Shown here piece after piece: positions 38,177 through 52,325 of a DNA stretch of 64,000 nt. How positions within the stretch are numbered: the first letter of the stretch is position 1; each line of letters starts with the position of its first letter. The position numbers and the translations under genes are program-made. The notes under the pieces are model-generated. The model searched no databases, was not told the origin of the DNA, and saw only the letters and a list, made by a program, of their open reading frames with translations. The DNA is from Stylophora pistillata (lineage: Eukaryota): assembly GCF_002571385.2 (NCBI RefSeq), contig NW_019217804.1, forward strand, positions 450,306-514,305. The letters run 5' to 3'.

Positions 38177-41100
38177 AAAAACACAAGTTACTCAGGTTCC
38201 CGCTTTTAAAGGTTGTGATGGCTTTAAAGAGGGATAAAAGGCCTAAATATTTCGAGTTCTGCCCACAGCAGGATCGACTCTATTTTGGTGAGGCTCTGGC
38301 TAGTGAGATATTCCAGGCGTGGATTCCATACGATTTCAGGCATGAAATGGCCGTTTTTATGGGCTAAAAACCACAACAAGCGACGGATGTGAGAACAGTA
38401 CGAGGGAAGAACCGTAATGTCGAGGTGATCGACATTTATTTTCAGGTGCTGCCCATAAGAAAAGCGTCAGTGTCTCGATTTTATTCATGCCATAACTTAC
38501 CCACATCGATCGAATGCGCACATAGTCTTTATATTTTCGCCATATTTAAAGATTTTACAGTTGACTGAGTCGCCAGTGAGGCCTGTAAAGGTCCCGGATG
38601 TGACCGGAGATTCTACGCGACAGGATCCACTTCCTTCCTCTATTTTCTTAAGAATTGGCACTTGTCTGTTGCCTAATTGAATCTTGGTTTCTTTTCTCAC
38701 TGAAGTATTAAATTGTAAAGAATAATTCCAAGCAAAGTAAATGGTAAAATAGTTAGCACGTAGATATATAGGACTTGGATGTGTTACAGAAGCCCGTACT
38801 CAACGACGTGTTTTTTTGTTTTGTTTTGGTGGACATTACTGTCCTGTATATGGGATGTGATTAATTGTCTTGGAAGGAACCTAGAAGAATTCGAAAACAA
38901 AATTAATTCATACAAGGTCTCTTATCGTATTCGCTCTTATTTTAGAAAGAAAAACTCACTTATGCCTGAAAGATTTTTAAGAAACCATCTCTCGACAGCC
39001 CGAAACTGTTCAATCTACTACTTTTTGTGAAAATGCATGAAGCAAGGAGGAAAATGCCCTATATTTTCTCATGATGCCATTGTTTATACGGCCCAGCTTA
39101 TGTTTTTGTCTAATATGTATGTTTGACTCCAACGTACCTGCTTGAGTAAAATATTTTATAGACCTAACGATTTATCATCCACATGTAGAGAAAGTTTTGA
39201 ATTTAAATAACGGACCAGTTGATAAATATGTCTTGAGCACCATGGGATTTACAGTATAGGAAACAAACTACTTTTATGCGACATGTACTGAAACAAACCT
39301 ACCTCAGCAGTTTCGAGTTACGGTCATACTTTCACTCCCTTAGTTGATCAAAAGAAGATCTAACCTTTTCCTACCAAAGAATGTATTTTCCACTGTGAAT
39401 TCATTGCACGTTCAAGCTGAGGGCGAGATTGACCCCCGCTTCGTCCGGTTGTCAGGTGTGCTTTTCCATTCAACTAATCCCAGAATCTTTAATTAGGCTT
39501 GAACCAAAGATTCAAATAATTTGTTCAGAAAACAAGAGGATATCGTGAATTTTCGTCCGGATCTGCTAAAAAAAGTAACGATTTACCCTAAGCGAAACAC
39601 CTGGATGAGAACTTACTTCATCGACTAAGCGAGAGAGAATATTACGTCTTACTGTTAAGTGTTTGGAAGTGATTTTCCTCAGATAATCCTGGGAGGTAAA
39701 TCAAGTTTTAAATACCTTAAAAGAACAAATAATAAGAATCTCGCTCATGAAGAAGACCAAAGTTAGTGTTCACCGGCGTAACTAAACAAAGTTATGAAAA
39801 AATATGCTTCTGCCTTCTAAATACACCATTAGTTGTTGTTTTTTATTTTACGTAGTCATCAGCATGTTCGGTGGCCTTTCAAATCATCGCGGCTAAATGC
39901 ACCCAACAGTCAAAAATGTTTTTTAGAAATTTCCTCCCAATAGTAAGGTTATCTAAAAAAACAAGCGATTACAAAAATCATGTTGCTTTCCAATTGTCCG
40001 AACATGCAAATCGGGCCTACCTCATAGTTGCAATATTCTCGACAATCTAACAGGTTTTTTCTCAGTCAAACTCTCAGCCAAACTCCCACAGAAAATTTCA
40101 TGAAAACCTAATGAGAACACTCGATGTCTGTTTAAAAGTATTGGCGCTTCTACAAATCATTTTGGTGTTGAAGTGGACCGACTTTATCAGCCTACGCATA
40201 CTAGAAAATCGTTCGGTTCTTGACTCTTATTAAAAAAAAATCAGGCGCAGTCTTAAATAGACTACATGCCGGTCAGTCAAAGGTAGAAGAAGATCGTGCA
40301 ATGCTAATGAGGGTTTTGATCATTTTGAATGTTTTATGTGGACCAAATTCCACCCTTATGCATAACTAGGAAATGCCACGAAAACATAGCTACTTTGTGG
40401 TGTACCTCAACCAGTTGATCTCGTAAATTAGAAAATCAGTAGAACTGTTGTGGAATCGCTTGACACTTCTAAACAAATACCTGATAATCTTAAGAAGTTT
40501 GAAAGAACCTTTCAGGTCTGGTGTGCCCTAGCTAGTTGATCTCGTAAATTAGAATTTGTGGAATCGCTTGACACTTTTGAACAAATACCTGATACTCTAA
40601 AGCTGTTTGTAAATAGGCATGGAAATTATTCAATCGAACTGTTATCGTTCCATTCGTTCAATTGCTTGATACATGTAGAGTTATGCCTTAGGATGACTTA
40701 TTTTTTTTATTCTCAACACTTCATGCCTTAATTTTCTTGCATCTAGTTACGTGTGGGCGATGGGAAATCGTGTGCGATATGTAATTTCACAATAACAAAC
40801 TGAACTCAACGATAAGGCTTGTCTTACATCAAAAGCAAGTAAATGCGTGGCAACTTAGACAAGACACTGAGTCTGGAAGATTTTTCAACATGAGGAAAAC
40901 TGAACAGATACCTATAACTAAAGATACAAGTTCAAATGCAACTTCAAACAACTACATGTGTAGTAAATACCTTTTTATTCCATTACAAAGTGTTCTTCTC
41001 TTCGTTACGGTACATAACACTACTTCCTGAGAGAAGAATCTGTAACACGTGTATGATCATACAGTGGGAACTCGACATGGCGCCCATTTCCAGTGATGTG

Positions 41101-42604
41101 CATTGGAAAAGTAACTGATTTCCAAGGACATGACCTCGTTGTTCTAGACTTCTATACATTAAGTACATAGGATTTCCAAAACTCCCATCAAGATATCTTA
41201 GGCATATTTCGTGCGAGGCGGAGGAAGCGTTGAATTTACTACAGTGATCAAAGTACAATTTTGTACACGTGTGCATCGTGTGGCGCGTGATGTGATAAGA
41301 ATGCCACCCTTTTTTTAGGATATGTACCCCTATACTGTCTAAAGTATCTCAGATTGCTCGAGCAGTTTCATCATATATTAAGGAGAAGCAAATAGTAAAA
41401 AGTTCTGAACATAAACAGTGTAGGATTGTAAATGTACAAAATCTGAAATGATAGAAAAGTGTTCAACCTCCCTTTTTGATAAGCGAAACTTTCAGGTATT
41501 CCAAAGAAAAATCACCCAATAAAGCAGAAAGCTGAAATCAGGATAGCTTGCAACTGTCTTATCCAATTTGACATAGAAATTTCAATCAAAGAGCATGAAA
41601 ACTAGTGAAGGAGAGAGATTAAAGGGAGTTGGGGTCAAGTAAAGAAGGCAACAGACTGGGACCGAAACCACATCATTTATAAAAGTAAAGAGACCTCTCA
41701 AGACTCCATTCGCGTGTTTTAATAAATTAGCTTAGGACTGTTAAAACATGAACGCTATCTTTATTTATTTTTTCACTTACAACGGCTTATCATGTAACAA
41801 TATGATATTTATAACAGCTTATCATCTAGCAATATGGTATTTCTAACAGCTTATCATCGACTTAAATCTGTAACAGATTGGCATAAACTCTGATACTGAT
41901 CAGTAATAAATCGCAGAACTATGGACTTGATTCCCCCTTACAAAGGGTAACTCACTAAATGAAATCCCGTATTTTTATAAAATAGGCGTAATCATGTGTT
42001 CGATTCCTGAAGGAATAAGTAGTAAAAGGTGAAACTAAGATCATTGACTATTCACTGCAATGTTTTCTCGAGGAACGAGTATTAAAAGGCAATTTTAAGA
42101 CGGTGAAATACCTAAATGGCTCCAGACATAAAAGATCATAAATGGTTTTTGGTAAACACTGCAATTAAGAGATAAGAGCACCTGGAGGATTTTTCAAACA
42201 ACGTAAATGAACATAGTAGCCATCGTCTGACTGGTCAATTCAGTTTCCAAGCGGATGTTTTATCAGGTTATAGAGCCCGCACTTGTTATATTTGTCATAA
42301 AAGCAATAGACCGCATTTTTTCCAGGTTCTATAACGTTTATAAAGCCACTTCGGACTTTAGAAGAACACTTGGAAAGCTTATAAACATCCTACGTAGATT
42401 TATAACGTTATAGAACCCGGAAAAATGTGTTTTACATTGCTTAGATAGAATTATAGCCCTATGATCTAAAAACATCATAAATAACTAACTTCTGTATGAC
42501 ATATTTTATAAATTCCGTATTTGAATAAAATTCAAGGATATTTTGTTACGTTCCAGTATCCTTAACAGAGCATGTTTCAACCAGACGGCAAGTCGTCGAC
42601 CACG

Positions 42605-42852
42605 TTAGATACACTTCGACACCACGTGAAAAATGACGTCTTTTAATGTGTAAAGGACGACATAATTTCGATAGATCTCCACCACATCCTCAGTAATTGT
42701 TAGACTCTGATTGGAAAAAGAACGTTGTGTTGAGAATAAAGAAAAATGTCTTTTAGGGGATTATCATTTGATCCAATACTAAATTCTCAGAACTAAAATT
42801 CAGGAATATATGGCGTTTAGTATATATATATATCTTATTAGACGTTTTGTTG

Positions 42853-42902
<50 letters not shown>

Positions 42903-45900
42903 TTCGGGCTCGTCAAAATACAAACAAATTGTTGTTTCAGTGCGGGCGAATTTCGCAGATATTTCTGGATTGCAAGTATCGCGTGATATTTGTACTCGTC
43001 TCGCGCGTTATTTGTACTCTACGAAGCACAGTTGGATAATAAGGAGAATTACGATGCAAAATCTTAAGAGTGAAAGGTTTTTTCCTTAAAATGCACCCCT
43101 GGGACTTTTAAGACTCCAGTACTCGGTTGACTTTCGTAGTGATGAAAGGGATATTCCACCTCCACTATGACGGTTAAAACAGTTCAGTTTTACATCCTTC
43201 TGTCCTCTCCATAGGTTAACCAGCACATTAGCCTTCATGGTATGTTGGAAGAACACGAGAAAAGTTTTGTGGGTCAAATCAAACTTTTCTCACGTTTTAG
43301 CAATAGGGACCTTGAGCAGTCAGGACGGCAACGCCAAGGAAGATGTCGATTAAAAAATGAATTTCTACTTGAATTAGAATTTCGAAAATGGCTGCATGTG
43401 TTTACCGTCTCTAACGGCGCCACACCTCAACTTCAGAATAACGTATATTACAATTTGGATATATCAACAAAGTTGAAATGGTAAATTGGCCACCGTAACG
43501 ATTACAAAAGCTGACGTTTCGAGCGTTAGCCCTTCGTCGGAGCGAATAGAGGAATTGTGGGTTGTGTGTGCTTTTAAAGGCAGAAAATGGAGCTACGTGA
43601 TTGGTGGGAACATGGCAACGAGAAAAACACGAATAAATTAGTGGAATGAAAAGCGTTCGTTGATACCTGTGGGATTTAGACTGCCGGCTTGAAAGATGAG
43701 CTTTTGTTCAAGAGTTTTACGGCTATCAGCCTTTATTCATAACGTATATTAGCCGTGTTGAGTTCCAAATGGAAATTACAATAATTTGCCGTCGCGGTTT
43801 CCGTTCTCAGACGACGCAAATTTTGGTGATTTCACGTTGTTGTTTCGCAAAGGACGGCTAAGAAATGTACAAAGTTTTAAAACACCCGTGCTGTCTATTG
43901 TTCTGCCCATTAGATCTTTTGTTTTACCAAGAGCTCATTGCCTTCGCCATCGTAGTTTGCTTAAGGTCCCTGATATCGCAATGGACGGGATGTTGTTACG
44001 TCTTAAGGCCGATAAAAATTAGGTCGTCCCTCGCACCAGCGTTTGTGTGCTTATTCTTTGTATTTAGACCTTCGAGATATCTTTCACGAGGTTTACATCA
44101 TACAAGGAAAAATGCATCTTACCAATAGGTTGTCTTCGACTAATGCTTGTAGGTATTCTCGGGTGTAACGGTTCATTTGCGCCTCTGGTAAATCTTGCAA
44201 AGAGGTCATCTGGTAGTCATTTCTATGGATCTGAAATTTTGTAAAGCAAGAAATATACGAGTTTGCCATTACCAAACTTGGGATAGATTTACATTAATTC
44301 CTTGATACTTAAAACGTTTCTATCGCATGTTTCTTTCAATGCCAAACGGTCGATATGTAGCCAAGATTCGTGATGCCGATTTAAAGTTCTGAAGTTGGTG
44401 AAACTAGATATTTGATTAAAAGTTATATCGAAATATTTGAAATCAGAATTATTTAAAAGCTAAAAATCTGTAACCTTACTTCACTTTTCACACTCTGAAC
44501 TGTATAATTAAGCAGGAGACTGGTGTTCTTGAGCGCTCTTGTTAGCAACTTGTGCTGAGATTCTTTCCGCGATTTCTCCGAAGCGTACGCCAGGTACAAT
44601 GGGCGAATGAAGTTGTGCAGTTGGATGAGGGCGATGGCAAGTCTGTCCCTCTTTTTCTGTGGCAGAACACGTATAAAGAAAGTCATAAAACCTTGCAAAA
44701 CCTTAGGTTTTTATCCAGTTTCATTACTGTTTTATAAAAGTGTCTCATCAGCAGTTATGGAAAGACTCAAAACATTTGAGAACCAGATTGTTAGACGTGC
44801 GAGGGAGGATTGAAAATGTTTCATTGAGATTGTTTAAAAGACATCCATTAGGTTACTCTTCCGGTTTCTGTGGGGACTTAATTACCTATTATTACACGAC
44901 TCGGGCAGTCAGAAGGCCAATAACTAAAATCAACCAATCAAAATGCTCTATTGCCGGTCAATATTCTCTCAGTCTTGGACCGGGCACTGTCCCGAATGGT
45001 CCCGAATGATACCGCACTTGTATCCCTTTGAACTTCAGTCGTATAATAAATCTCTTATTTACCAAGCTTGCTTGGGACCGCACTGGAAGAATATTCGGCC
45101 CTCGGTGAAATTTGTACGGACCTCGCTGCGCTCGGTCCGTACTGTCAAGACCTCGGGCCGTTATTCTCCTAGTACGGCCCTCGCGCTTGGTTAATAAGAT
45201 ATATGTATTACAATAAAATGACATACAATAATTTTAGTTACAGTATAGTCCACTGCAATCCAAAATTCGTTTAAACACGCTTCTTTCTTCTTGAAAATTT
45301 GAATATTCTTTGACTTACAAAAGTAAGAGTGATGTAAACAAAAATAATTATATATCGGCTCGTAGGGTGATTAATTAGAGTTGTAAATGTGTTTGTAGAC
45401 TTACGAATGAACGGTAGTGGAGTAAGCTTGACATAGAATGAAGCAAAGCAGTTACTATGCAAACTCATGTTGTATCAGATCAGCTGAAATATGTTTTTAT
45501 GAAAGAAATGTGAGAAGTTTAAAGAGTGTTAGAATTACCATATTCGAAGAGCAAATCGGTGTATCAGCCACTCCAAGGGCCAGGGGCGTCTCTTTGAGAT
45601 TCCAGTTAGAAGCTATGAATTTGTGGACATTTAACATCTGTAAAACGAAGCATAGAGAAGTTTACTCACTCTTTAGCTACGTAAAGCCTTCAGACTTCAG
45701 AGATAACTTCTTAATCCAAATATATCATGGCAATATAATTAAAAATAAAAATAAAAAAAAATTGCTAACCTCTTTAGTGGCGTTAGCTCGTGTTGGCATC
45801 AGAAGAAGTCTGATAAGAATTTCGGCATTACTTGGTCTGTAACTCAACGGTGCAGTCCAACTTTCTGAACTCAGTAACGTTACCATAAATATGGTAGAGA

Positions 45901-45922
45901 ATAGGGCCTTGAAACAATCCAT
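42605..45922 (-). CDS. Secreted helical-cytokine-like protein, paralog C (212 aa, 5 coding exons)
   Basis: Exons 45922-45770, 45637-45539, 44656-44480, 44230-44123, 42706-42605; GT-AG, phase 0. MDCFKALFSTIFMVTLLSSESWTAPLSYRPSNAEILIRLLLMPTRANATKE/MLNVHKFIASNWNLKETPLALGVADTPICSSNM/KKRDRLAIALIQLHNFIRPLYLAYASEKSRKESQHKLLTRALKNTSLLLNYTVQSVKSE/IHRNDYQMTSLQDLPEAQMNRYTREYLQALVEDNLL/SLTITEDVVEIYRNYVVLYTLKDVIFHVVSKCI*. Confidence 0.9.
43305..43971. mobile_element. MITE (TIR AGGGACCTT.AGCA) in intron 4 of paralog C, interrupted by a nested insertion
   Basis: Starts AGGGACCTTGAGCA, ends TGCTTAAGGTCCCT. A related decayed copy lies at ~21238-21545 in intron 4 of paralog B. Confidence 0.7.
43451..43738. 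mobile_element. Penelope-type retroelement fragment nested in the MITE
   Basis: 13 bp target duplication ATAACGTATATTA (43438-43450, 43739-43751). Carries the reverse complement of CCGACGAAGGGCTAACGCTCGAAACGTC, shared with 56034-56187. Confidence 0.7.
44880..45207. repeat. Dispersed hairpin-ended repeat, family H2, copy 2 (intron 2 of paralog C)
   Basis: Matches 2230-2465 in the same orientation, but the innermost hairpin is inverted. Confidence 0.85.
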
Positions 45923-47854
45923 CTGTAGTCAATATACATACATAAAATACAGTTAATTTACTTGGTAAAACACATACCTTAACACACCTTCAAGCTGTTA
46001 GAACTACACTGACTATGAACGATGACAAGACAAAAAAAAATTAATTTTCTTAACCTTTGCTACTTTTGAATCAACTCTGTCTCGTTGTGCTTTGATATGT
46101 AGTCAAACGCAATACATTGGATGGATCTATTTTAACTAAGTTACTAGATAGGAAAATTCTCAGACGACGGCTTCCTGACGTTTTCTAAAAATTAATTGAA
46201 AAAGTTCTTTCGCGTAAAGTAGCATACTATCTTCACTTATGAGAGCACAAAAAAATGTGCATGAAGAAAATGCTAAATCACAGTCAAAGGCAGAGTAGGA
46301 GCTATCCCTTACCTCTTGCTCCTCGAGTGCTGGTTGGAATGGTCTGACACGAAGTTTTGTGCGCGTTTTCTACCTTCTGAAATATCAGGCGGATACATAT
46401 TGCTTCTGTCAAATGTTGGGAAGAAAACATTTACTTCTGTTAAGGGGAGTCGACCTTCAGGGATATTCCCTTGGTATATCTTCCTTCTTATCGTAGAAAA
46501 TCATCTTGTATTTTAGCAAAAAAAACTTCATTTGCAGTTCCTGCTGAGATATTTATTGTTATTTGTGCGATACACCTCAACTGTTGGAAACGAAATTCAA
46601 CAGCTTGCCTAGGAAAAAACCAAGGCATCTAGAGGCTAGTTAGGCACACTTTTCAAAAAGCTATTCCGATATGTAAACCCTGAGGAAGTGCTTTCCAGAA
46701 TTGAGTCAGTTTTTTGAAAATAGTTTGTTGAAAATTTTGACAGGAAGGTCAAATCTTGACTTGTCTTTACTTGTTTTTAGTCCAAACCATCAGTCACACT
46801 TAACAATTAGATGTAACGGAATCTATGCACTTATAATCCTCCGGCAAACAAATTCACAGAATTAAAACCGAGATTACCGACGCCCGGAAATTTAATGTGC
46901 ATAATCTGTGAACTTTTAGTTTCTCAGGGTCATTTTATTCTCAGTAAATTCAGAAGTAATTTCCTATTTTAGTTAAGTGTTTGCTTCCCGTATTCGTATC
47001 GGATTACATTTGTAATGTTTCGTTTTTTTCAAGCGATTTCTAGTTATTCTAGTCAAATATAAGCATTTGTATTCAGCGTTCATACCTGACGAAGAAATGT
47101 AATCTGAAGGATATAGAGGAATTAACTGTTAATAATATATCAGGCAGCTAACTCAGGCCATTGGGGAGCACTCGATGGATCGATTCCGGACTGATTCGCA
47201 ACGACGCTGTGTGTGCTACATCAGTGTACTTTTAATTTGGAGATGCTGCCTTGTTTTGAATCCTTCAATGATCGAAATTGAATTATTTTTACGGCCTTGA
47301 TCACACTGTGGTCATGGCCGCGATGTATTATCTCATTGCGGCTATCAGAAACGAGACCTCTCGGAGGTCGATAGAACTACGCAAATGGATTATCACTCTC
47401 GAACAAGGGTTTCCTCCTAACGGACATGACAAACTGTTTCAAAAGCCTTTGCTTGGAAATTCAATTTTAGTCCTCATACTTCTTAGGAGTCTGGTCGTAT
47501 GAATATCGATTTTCGTCTGTTTCGTGTCAAACGAACGTTTGTTAAACACTTGAGCCCCGCGATCCTCTGATTCCGTTGAGATGAAACTACGTTCCGTCCT
47601 ACGGCTATTGATGACTGCACACATCTAGTAGGAATCCTCAGTCAATTACAAGGGTCAATTGTTTATGGTGGGGCCTTTTTTGAGCCGCTGTCGACTAACG
47701 ATGAACGGTGGTCCGCCAAGACGCTAACAGAGATCTGATGGCGAATGCGAAAGCTCCAAGTAATGTGCTTAGACCTCATCAGTTACAAAGCATTAGTGTT
47801 AGGAAAGCTCAACTTCTGGTTGACGTTCGCGTTTGAAAACTTGTCTGTGATCAG

Positions 47855-48083
47855 GGACCCGTTTCTCGAAAGTCCCGGTAACTTAACGGGCCCGAAGCCA
47901 CGTTTTAAACTAAAAACTTAAAGGATAGAAAAGCAAGTTCTGGCCCTAAAACCACTCCATTTTGTTTCTTTAGTTAATGGTTTCATTTTGTTATTTTCAC
48001 AATTTTTGAAATCCACATCTTGAATGAAAACAGAACAGCTTTACGGGCCCATTAAGCAACGGGAACTTTCGAGAAACGGGCCC
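47855..48083. mobile_element. MITE with GGRCCCGTTTCTCGAAAGT TIRs and 3 bp CAG target duplication (Harbinger-like)
   Basis: cag|GGACCCGTTTCTCGAAAGTCCCG ... CGGGAACTTTCGAGAAACGGGCCC|cag. Confidence 0.8.
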
Positions 48084-49495
48084 CAGGTTCCTAACTTAAA
48101 CTCACTACTATTTGGTATACGTAGATGCTCAAAATAGTGGAACCACATGCAGGAAGTTGATGCATACATTTTTTCGAAAGTGATGGAACTTTTTTTGATC
48201 TGAGATAATCTGCAAATTAAAAAAATATGAACAAAAATATTATGAGTAATTCTTTAATCAGGGTCATGCTTCAGATTGTCAAATTGTCAAACCGCTGTTC
48301 ACAAATGGTTGTAAATACGGCTTAAGGTAGGAATAAGGTCAATAGATCTTTATCTTGAAACACATCGAGCCTTCGGTAGAGGATATGAAACGTCTGTCAT
48401 GTAGGATGGTTCGACTTCCGCATGATTAAAAAACAACACGTTGTGTTGCAGTAGAAGCCAAGAACCATCTATTGAAGGTTAAATGGGTTGAAGGCGATTT
48501 CCTAAAACAACAAAGACATGACTGTATTTAGAGAATTCCACTCTTCAATGGTGGATCAAGGGTAAAAATCTTCATCTGCATGTTAACATATGTTTTGAGT
48601 GTCCTAGACAAAAGGGGGGAGGTCCAAGACTTTCTGTACCAGAAAAAATAATCTAAGGCATCCAAAGGCCTGGAGTTTAGTCTTTTACAACCAAACATCA
48701 GTATGCATACTCTCCGTGCCGTTCCCTATACATTCTATAGTGCTGACGAGGAAAATTTCTTTATTCTCTTCACCTTATTGTATAATCAGGGATGATATAG
48801 AAGAATTTCTTTATTCTCTTCACCTTATTGTATAATCAGGGATGATATAGTAAAGAGAAATTAGATGCTAGTCACTCTCAGGGGTCAAAGGATTAATCAA
48901 TTAATAAATGCTAAATTAATAAATAATAATTAATAAATTAATAATAATAATTAATAAATGCTTCAGAGTAGCTTTCGACCGTCAAACTGTGCATGTGTAT
49001 CCTGTAGACCTGCTGGCTTAAAGAAAGAAGTCCCGGAAACTAAAGGGACGCCTTTCTTAGTCACATCTCCTCTTAGTAGTTTTTTTTTTTTGCGGTTTTA
49101 TTTCACAAACAGGAAACTAAGGGCAGACAAAAATAGACATCATTTTCAGTTTCTCTTGAACGTTTTATTGTTAATTTAACAACATCACGCTTATACAGTG
49201 GTTTCCCATCGTTCTTCAATCTGTATCAGATTAACTTATACACTGATTCCAGTCAGTGACAACTAATCTCAATATGGACGTAATGGCTTCCTTCTACTGA
49301 AGGTCAATTATAACAAACATTAAATACTCCGTAATCGATATAAATAAAGTACAAATTTCTATCAAAATTAAGTGTAATTTTTTAACGCTACTTAAATAAC
49401 GTTTAAATATGTTTCTTGTCATATTCCGATATTAGTAATAAGTCACATGCTTTTATCAGAGGGCAATGCGGTCCATGCTTTCAGCGGATACCCTA

Positions 49496-51488
49496 TTACA
49501 AACAGGTCAACACGTCATCGAGGACATCTTTGAGAGTGTATAAGATGACGTAATTTCGGTAACTTTTCACCACATCGTCAGTGATCGTAAGGCTCTGTTG
49601 AAGAAAATAATATTCGTGATTATGATTCTTCAAAATTCAGTGATAGAAAATTAACTTGCACTTTGACCTAAACGTATCACTGAAAATTTTCTAGAACGTG
49701 ATAAACTATTCTTAACTTGAAAGAGACCTAAAGTTATCAGATGATAATAATGCAAAAAAGGGAAAAAATCATAACACAATCACTAATTAAATTTTATGCA
49801 ACCAAGAAGATATGAAATTTTGTGATTTAAGTAAACTGATTTTGAAGCACGAAAACAAGCTTTGAGCACCTTGCACCGCTTCAAATTTTGGATTACTGTA
49901 AATTACTTTATTGGGTAAGTTATCTTCCTTATCTCGGAGGCGAGATTATGATTTTTCTTTTTTATTATCTCTGTTGTCCATACATGTTGCATGTTTGGAT
50001 TGGCTTACTATGGGGAATATATGTGAGGCAACTTAAAGGATTCTTTGCGAAGTGATGAGGAAGAATGCTTTACATACCAATAAATTATTTTTGACCTGAG
50101 CCTGAAGGTAATTATGAGTATAACGATCCAGTACTGCTTCTGACTCATGTGGAACTTGGGGTGGCTGGAATCCAATCTTCCTTATCTGAAAATTGAGGAA
50201 AATGACGACATTTGGGATTATTGTTGTTTAATAATGTTCATAACCCTCAAGATTTTGAATCGTTCGATGTGGTAATTCAGCGAATTTCCAATCTTAAATT
50301 TCTTTAGTGTTAGAAAAAGTTTCTAACACTAAAGAGGGAAAGGTTTGGAAGAGTAACGTCTTTAGCCTTCTATGCAATCATAAATCTTTGTAATTTTAAA
50401 TTGCAAAAACGTTTGGTCGAATTGCACAAAAAAAAAATTTGTAAAAATTAACTGGTTCGCTATATTTGTCGGTGTAAACTGTGATCAACAAAACCGAGTA
50501 TCATGAAGAAGAAAAAGGGAAAGATATTTTACATATGAAATGTGCTAGGAATAAATTATTATTGCTATTATATTAAATCGTTCCAATTAATTTCCCATTA
50601 AAACTACAACATTAAAATAGGGACATAATTTCGAAAGGTTTATACCTCGTTTTCGACAATCCCCACTGTGTAGTTAAGATGAAAGCTGGTTTCATGAATT
50701 GCTCTTGCCAACTCATTGTGCTGAAATCCTTTTTGTTCCTCGTATGAGTGTGCCATGTAAAGTGGGCTCATGAAATTATGAAGTTGGATGTAAGCGATGG
50801 AAAGGTTTTCTTGCTTTTGCTGCAAAGGGAACGTGTAACAGAAAAATTGTTAATCTTTACTTTAAGTACGAGTAACATGCAGAGGCACGAGTTCTGTCAA
50901 ACGTTTCTTATTTTTTTAAATTAAGATCAAGAATTATGTTTCTCAAGTTAATCGATACCAAAGTCTAGAGTCTCGTCATGAAATGGAAAAAAACATCTGG
51001 GATTACCGAAAAAAAGTTCTTTAATTAAAAATGAGTGCTGGGATCATTAGAAACTCTGGATATAGATGTTTAGTAATTCATAACTGTAAGGCGCAATCTT
51101 TGCTTTGAAGTACTTATTATTACATACCAGATGTGAAGAACAAAAGAGATTGTCACCCACTCCTAAAACTAGGGGTGTCTCTTTGAGGTTCCAGTTCGAA
51201 GCTATGAACTTGTAGACGTTTAACATCTGAAAAGTAAAAGATTGAGATTGTTATGAACTTCATTCTCAGTTCCCAAAAAAAGCATTTTACGTAAGAGAAA
51301 ACTGAGTCGAGAAGTAGATTTTCCGAATTTCCTACCTCTTTGGTCGTGTTACCTCTTGCTGGCATCAGAAAGAGTCTGATAACAAACTCAGCATTGCTTA
51401 TTTGTAAACCTAACGGAGCTGTAAAAGATACTGAGCTCAGCGTAGTTGTCATCAGTGTGATAGCCAACAGGACGTTATAAAATTCCAT
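49496..51488 (-). CDS. Secreted helical-cytokine-like protein, paralog D (210 aa, 5 coding exons)
   Basis: Exons 51488-51336, 51226-51128, 50819-50646, 50185-50078, 49594-49496; GT-AG, phase 0. MEFYNVLLAITLMTTTLSSVSFTAPLGLQISNAEFVIRLFLMPARGNTTKE/MLNVYKFIASNWNLKETPLVLGVGDNLFCSSHL/QKQENLSIAYIQLHNFMSPLYMAHSYEEQKGFQHNELARAIHETSFHLNYTVGIVENE/IRKIGFQPPQVPHESEAVLDRYTHNYLQAQVKNNLL/SLTITDDVVKSYRNYVILYTLKDVLDDVLTCL*. Confidence 0.9.
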
Positions 51489-52085
51489 ATCTGGTGAGTG
51501 AAAAACATTAAAAAAAACGCTGTGAAGGGAATCATTGTAACTCAAAGTTTCATTATCTAAAGTCGGCGTATTGCGAAAATTTTCATTCTACGAGCTAACA
51601 GAAAGCTACTTAAGTTTGCGTCCTTGTCAGTTGTAGATTTCTTAAGGGTTTTACACGAAATTAGTCAGTTGTGGCAGTCATGTTAGTTTACCAGGTTGGT
51701 TTCTATGAGAGAAAACGCTTTATTTTAGCAACAGTGATAAAATTTAGTAACAACCTTGTTACGAAATTTGTTTTTTTTTTTAATTGTAACCAGAATCCTA
51801 ATGTTCAGCGATTAAAACCTGAATACGGATTAGAGCCATGAAAAAGAGAACAATTATATTTGGCAGAAAGTTTGCAACTTTACAAGAATCTAGCTTTCCA
51901 TTGCGCCACTAACCTTACCCCTGAACTTACTTCTTTTGTCAGACAATGTAAAGGAAATTAATGTATTGGCAATTAAGTTCGGATCATATCAAACAAAATA
52001 ATTCGCTCGTTTCAGTTCCAAAATGTTTATCCTTCGTAAATAATCGTAGATTATTGAGAAAGAAGCAGGAGTTATTTTCTCTTAC

Positions 52086-52325
52086 CTTTGTATTCGTTTA
52101 AGGCAGATGATTGTAACGGAGTTGAAGTTCCTTGTGCGTACGTTGTCTTCTGAAGTGTTTGATACTCGAATATAGTTTGACTGTCCGTTTTATAGAAAAC
52201 GAAGGGGAAGCTGTGCTGCTCGGCATCATACTTTCTATTACTGTTTTTTTTTTTGTGTGAGGTGGTTTCCCGTGCGCACCTCGCCTTCTCTTGTATTCTA
52301 GGAAAATTATTCAAAAGTTCCCTGT
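52086..52325 (-). promoter_or_regulatory. Paralog D core promoter and non-coding exon
   Basis: TATAAAA at 52194-52188. Donor AAG|GTAAG at 52086. Perfect GAS-type TTCTAGGAA at 52296-52304; kB-like GGGAAACCAC at 52271-52262. Confidence 0.6.

Noticed and set aside
40983-41276. 97 aa Cys/His-containing minus-strand ORF
   Set aside because: No motif, splice context or paralog support.
47439-48560. Possible further relic of the second family downstream of paralog D
   Set aside because: Only fragmentary resemblance across several frames with stops.
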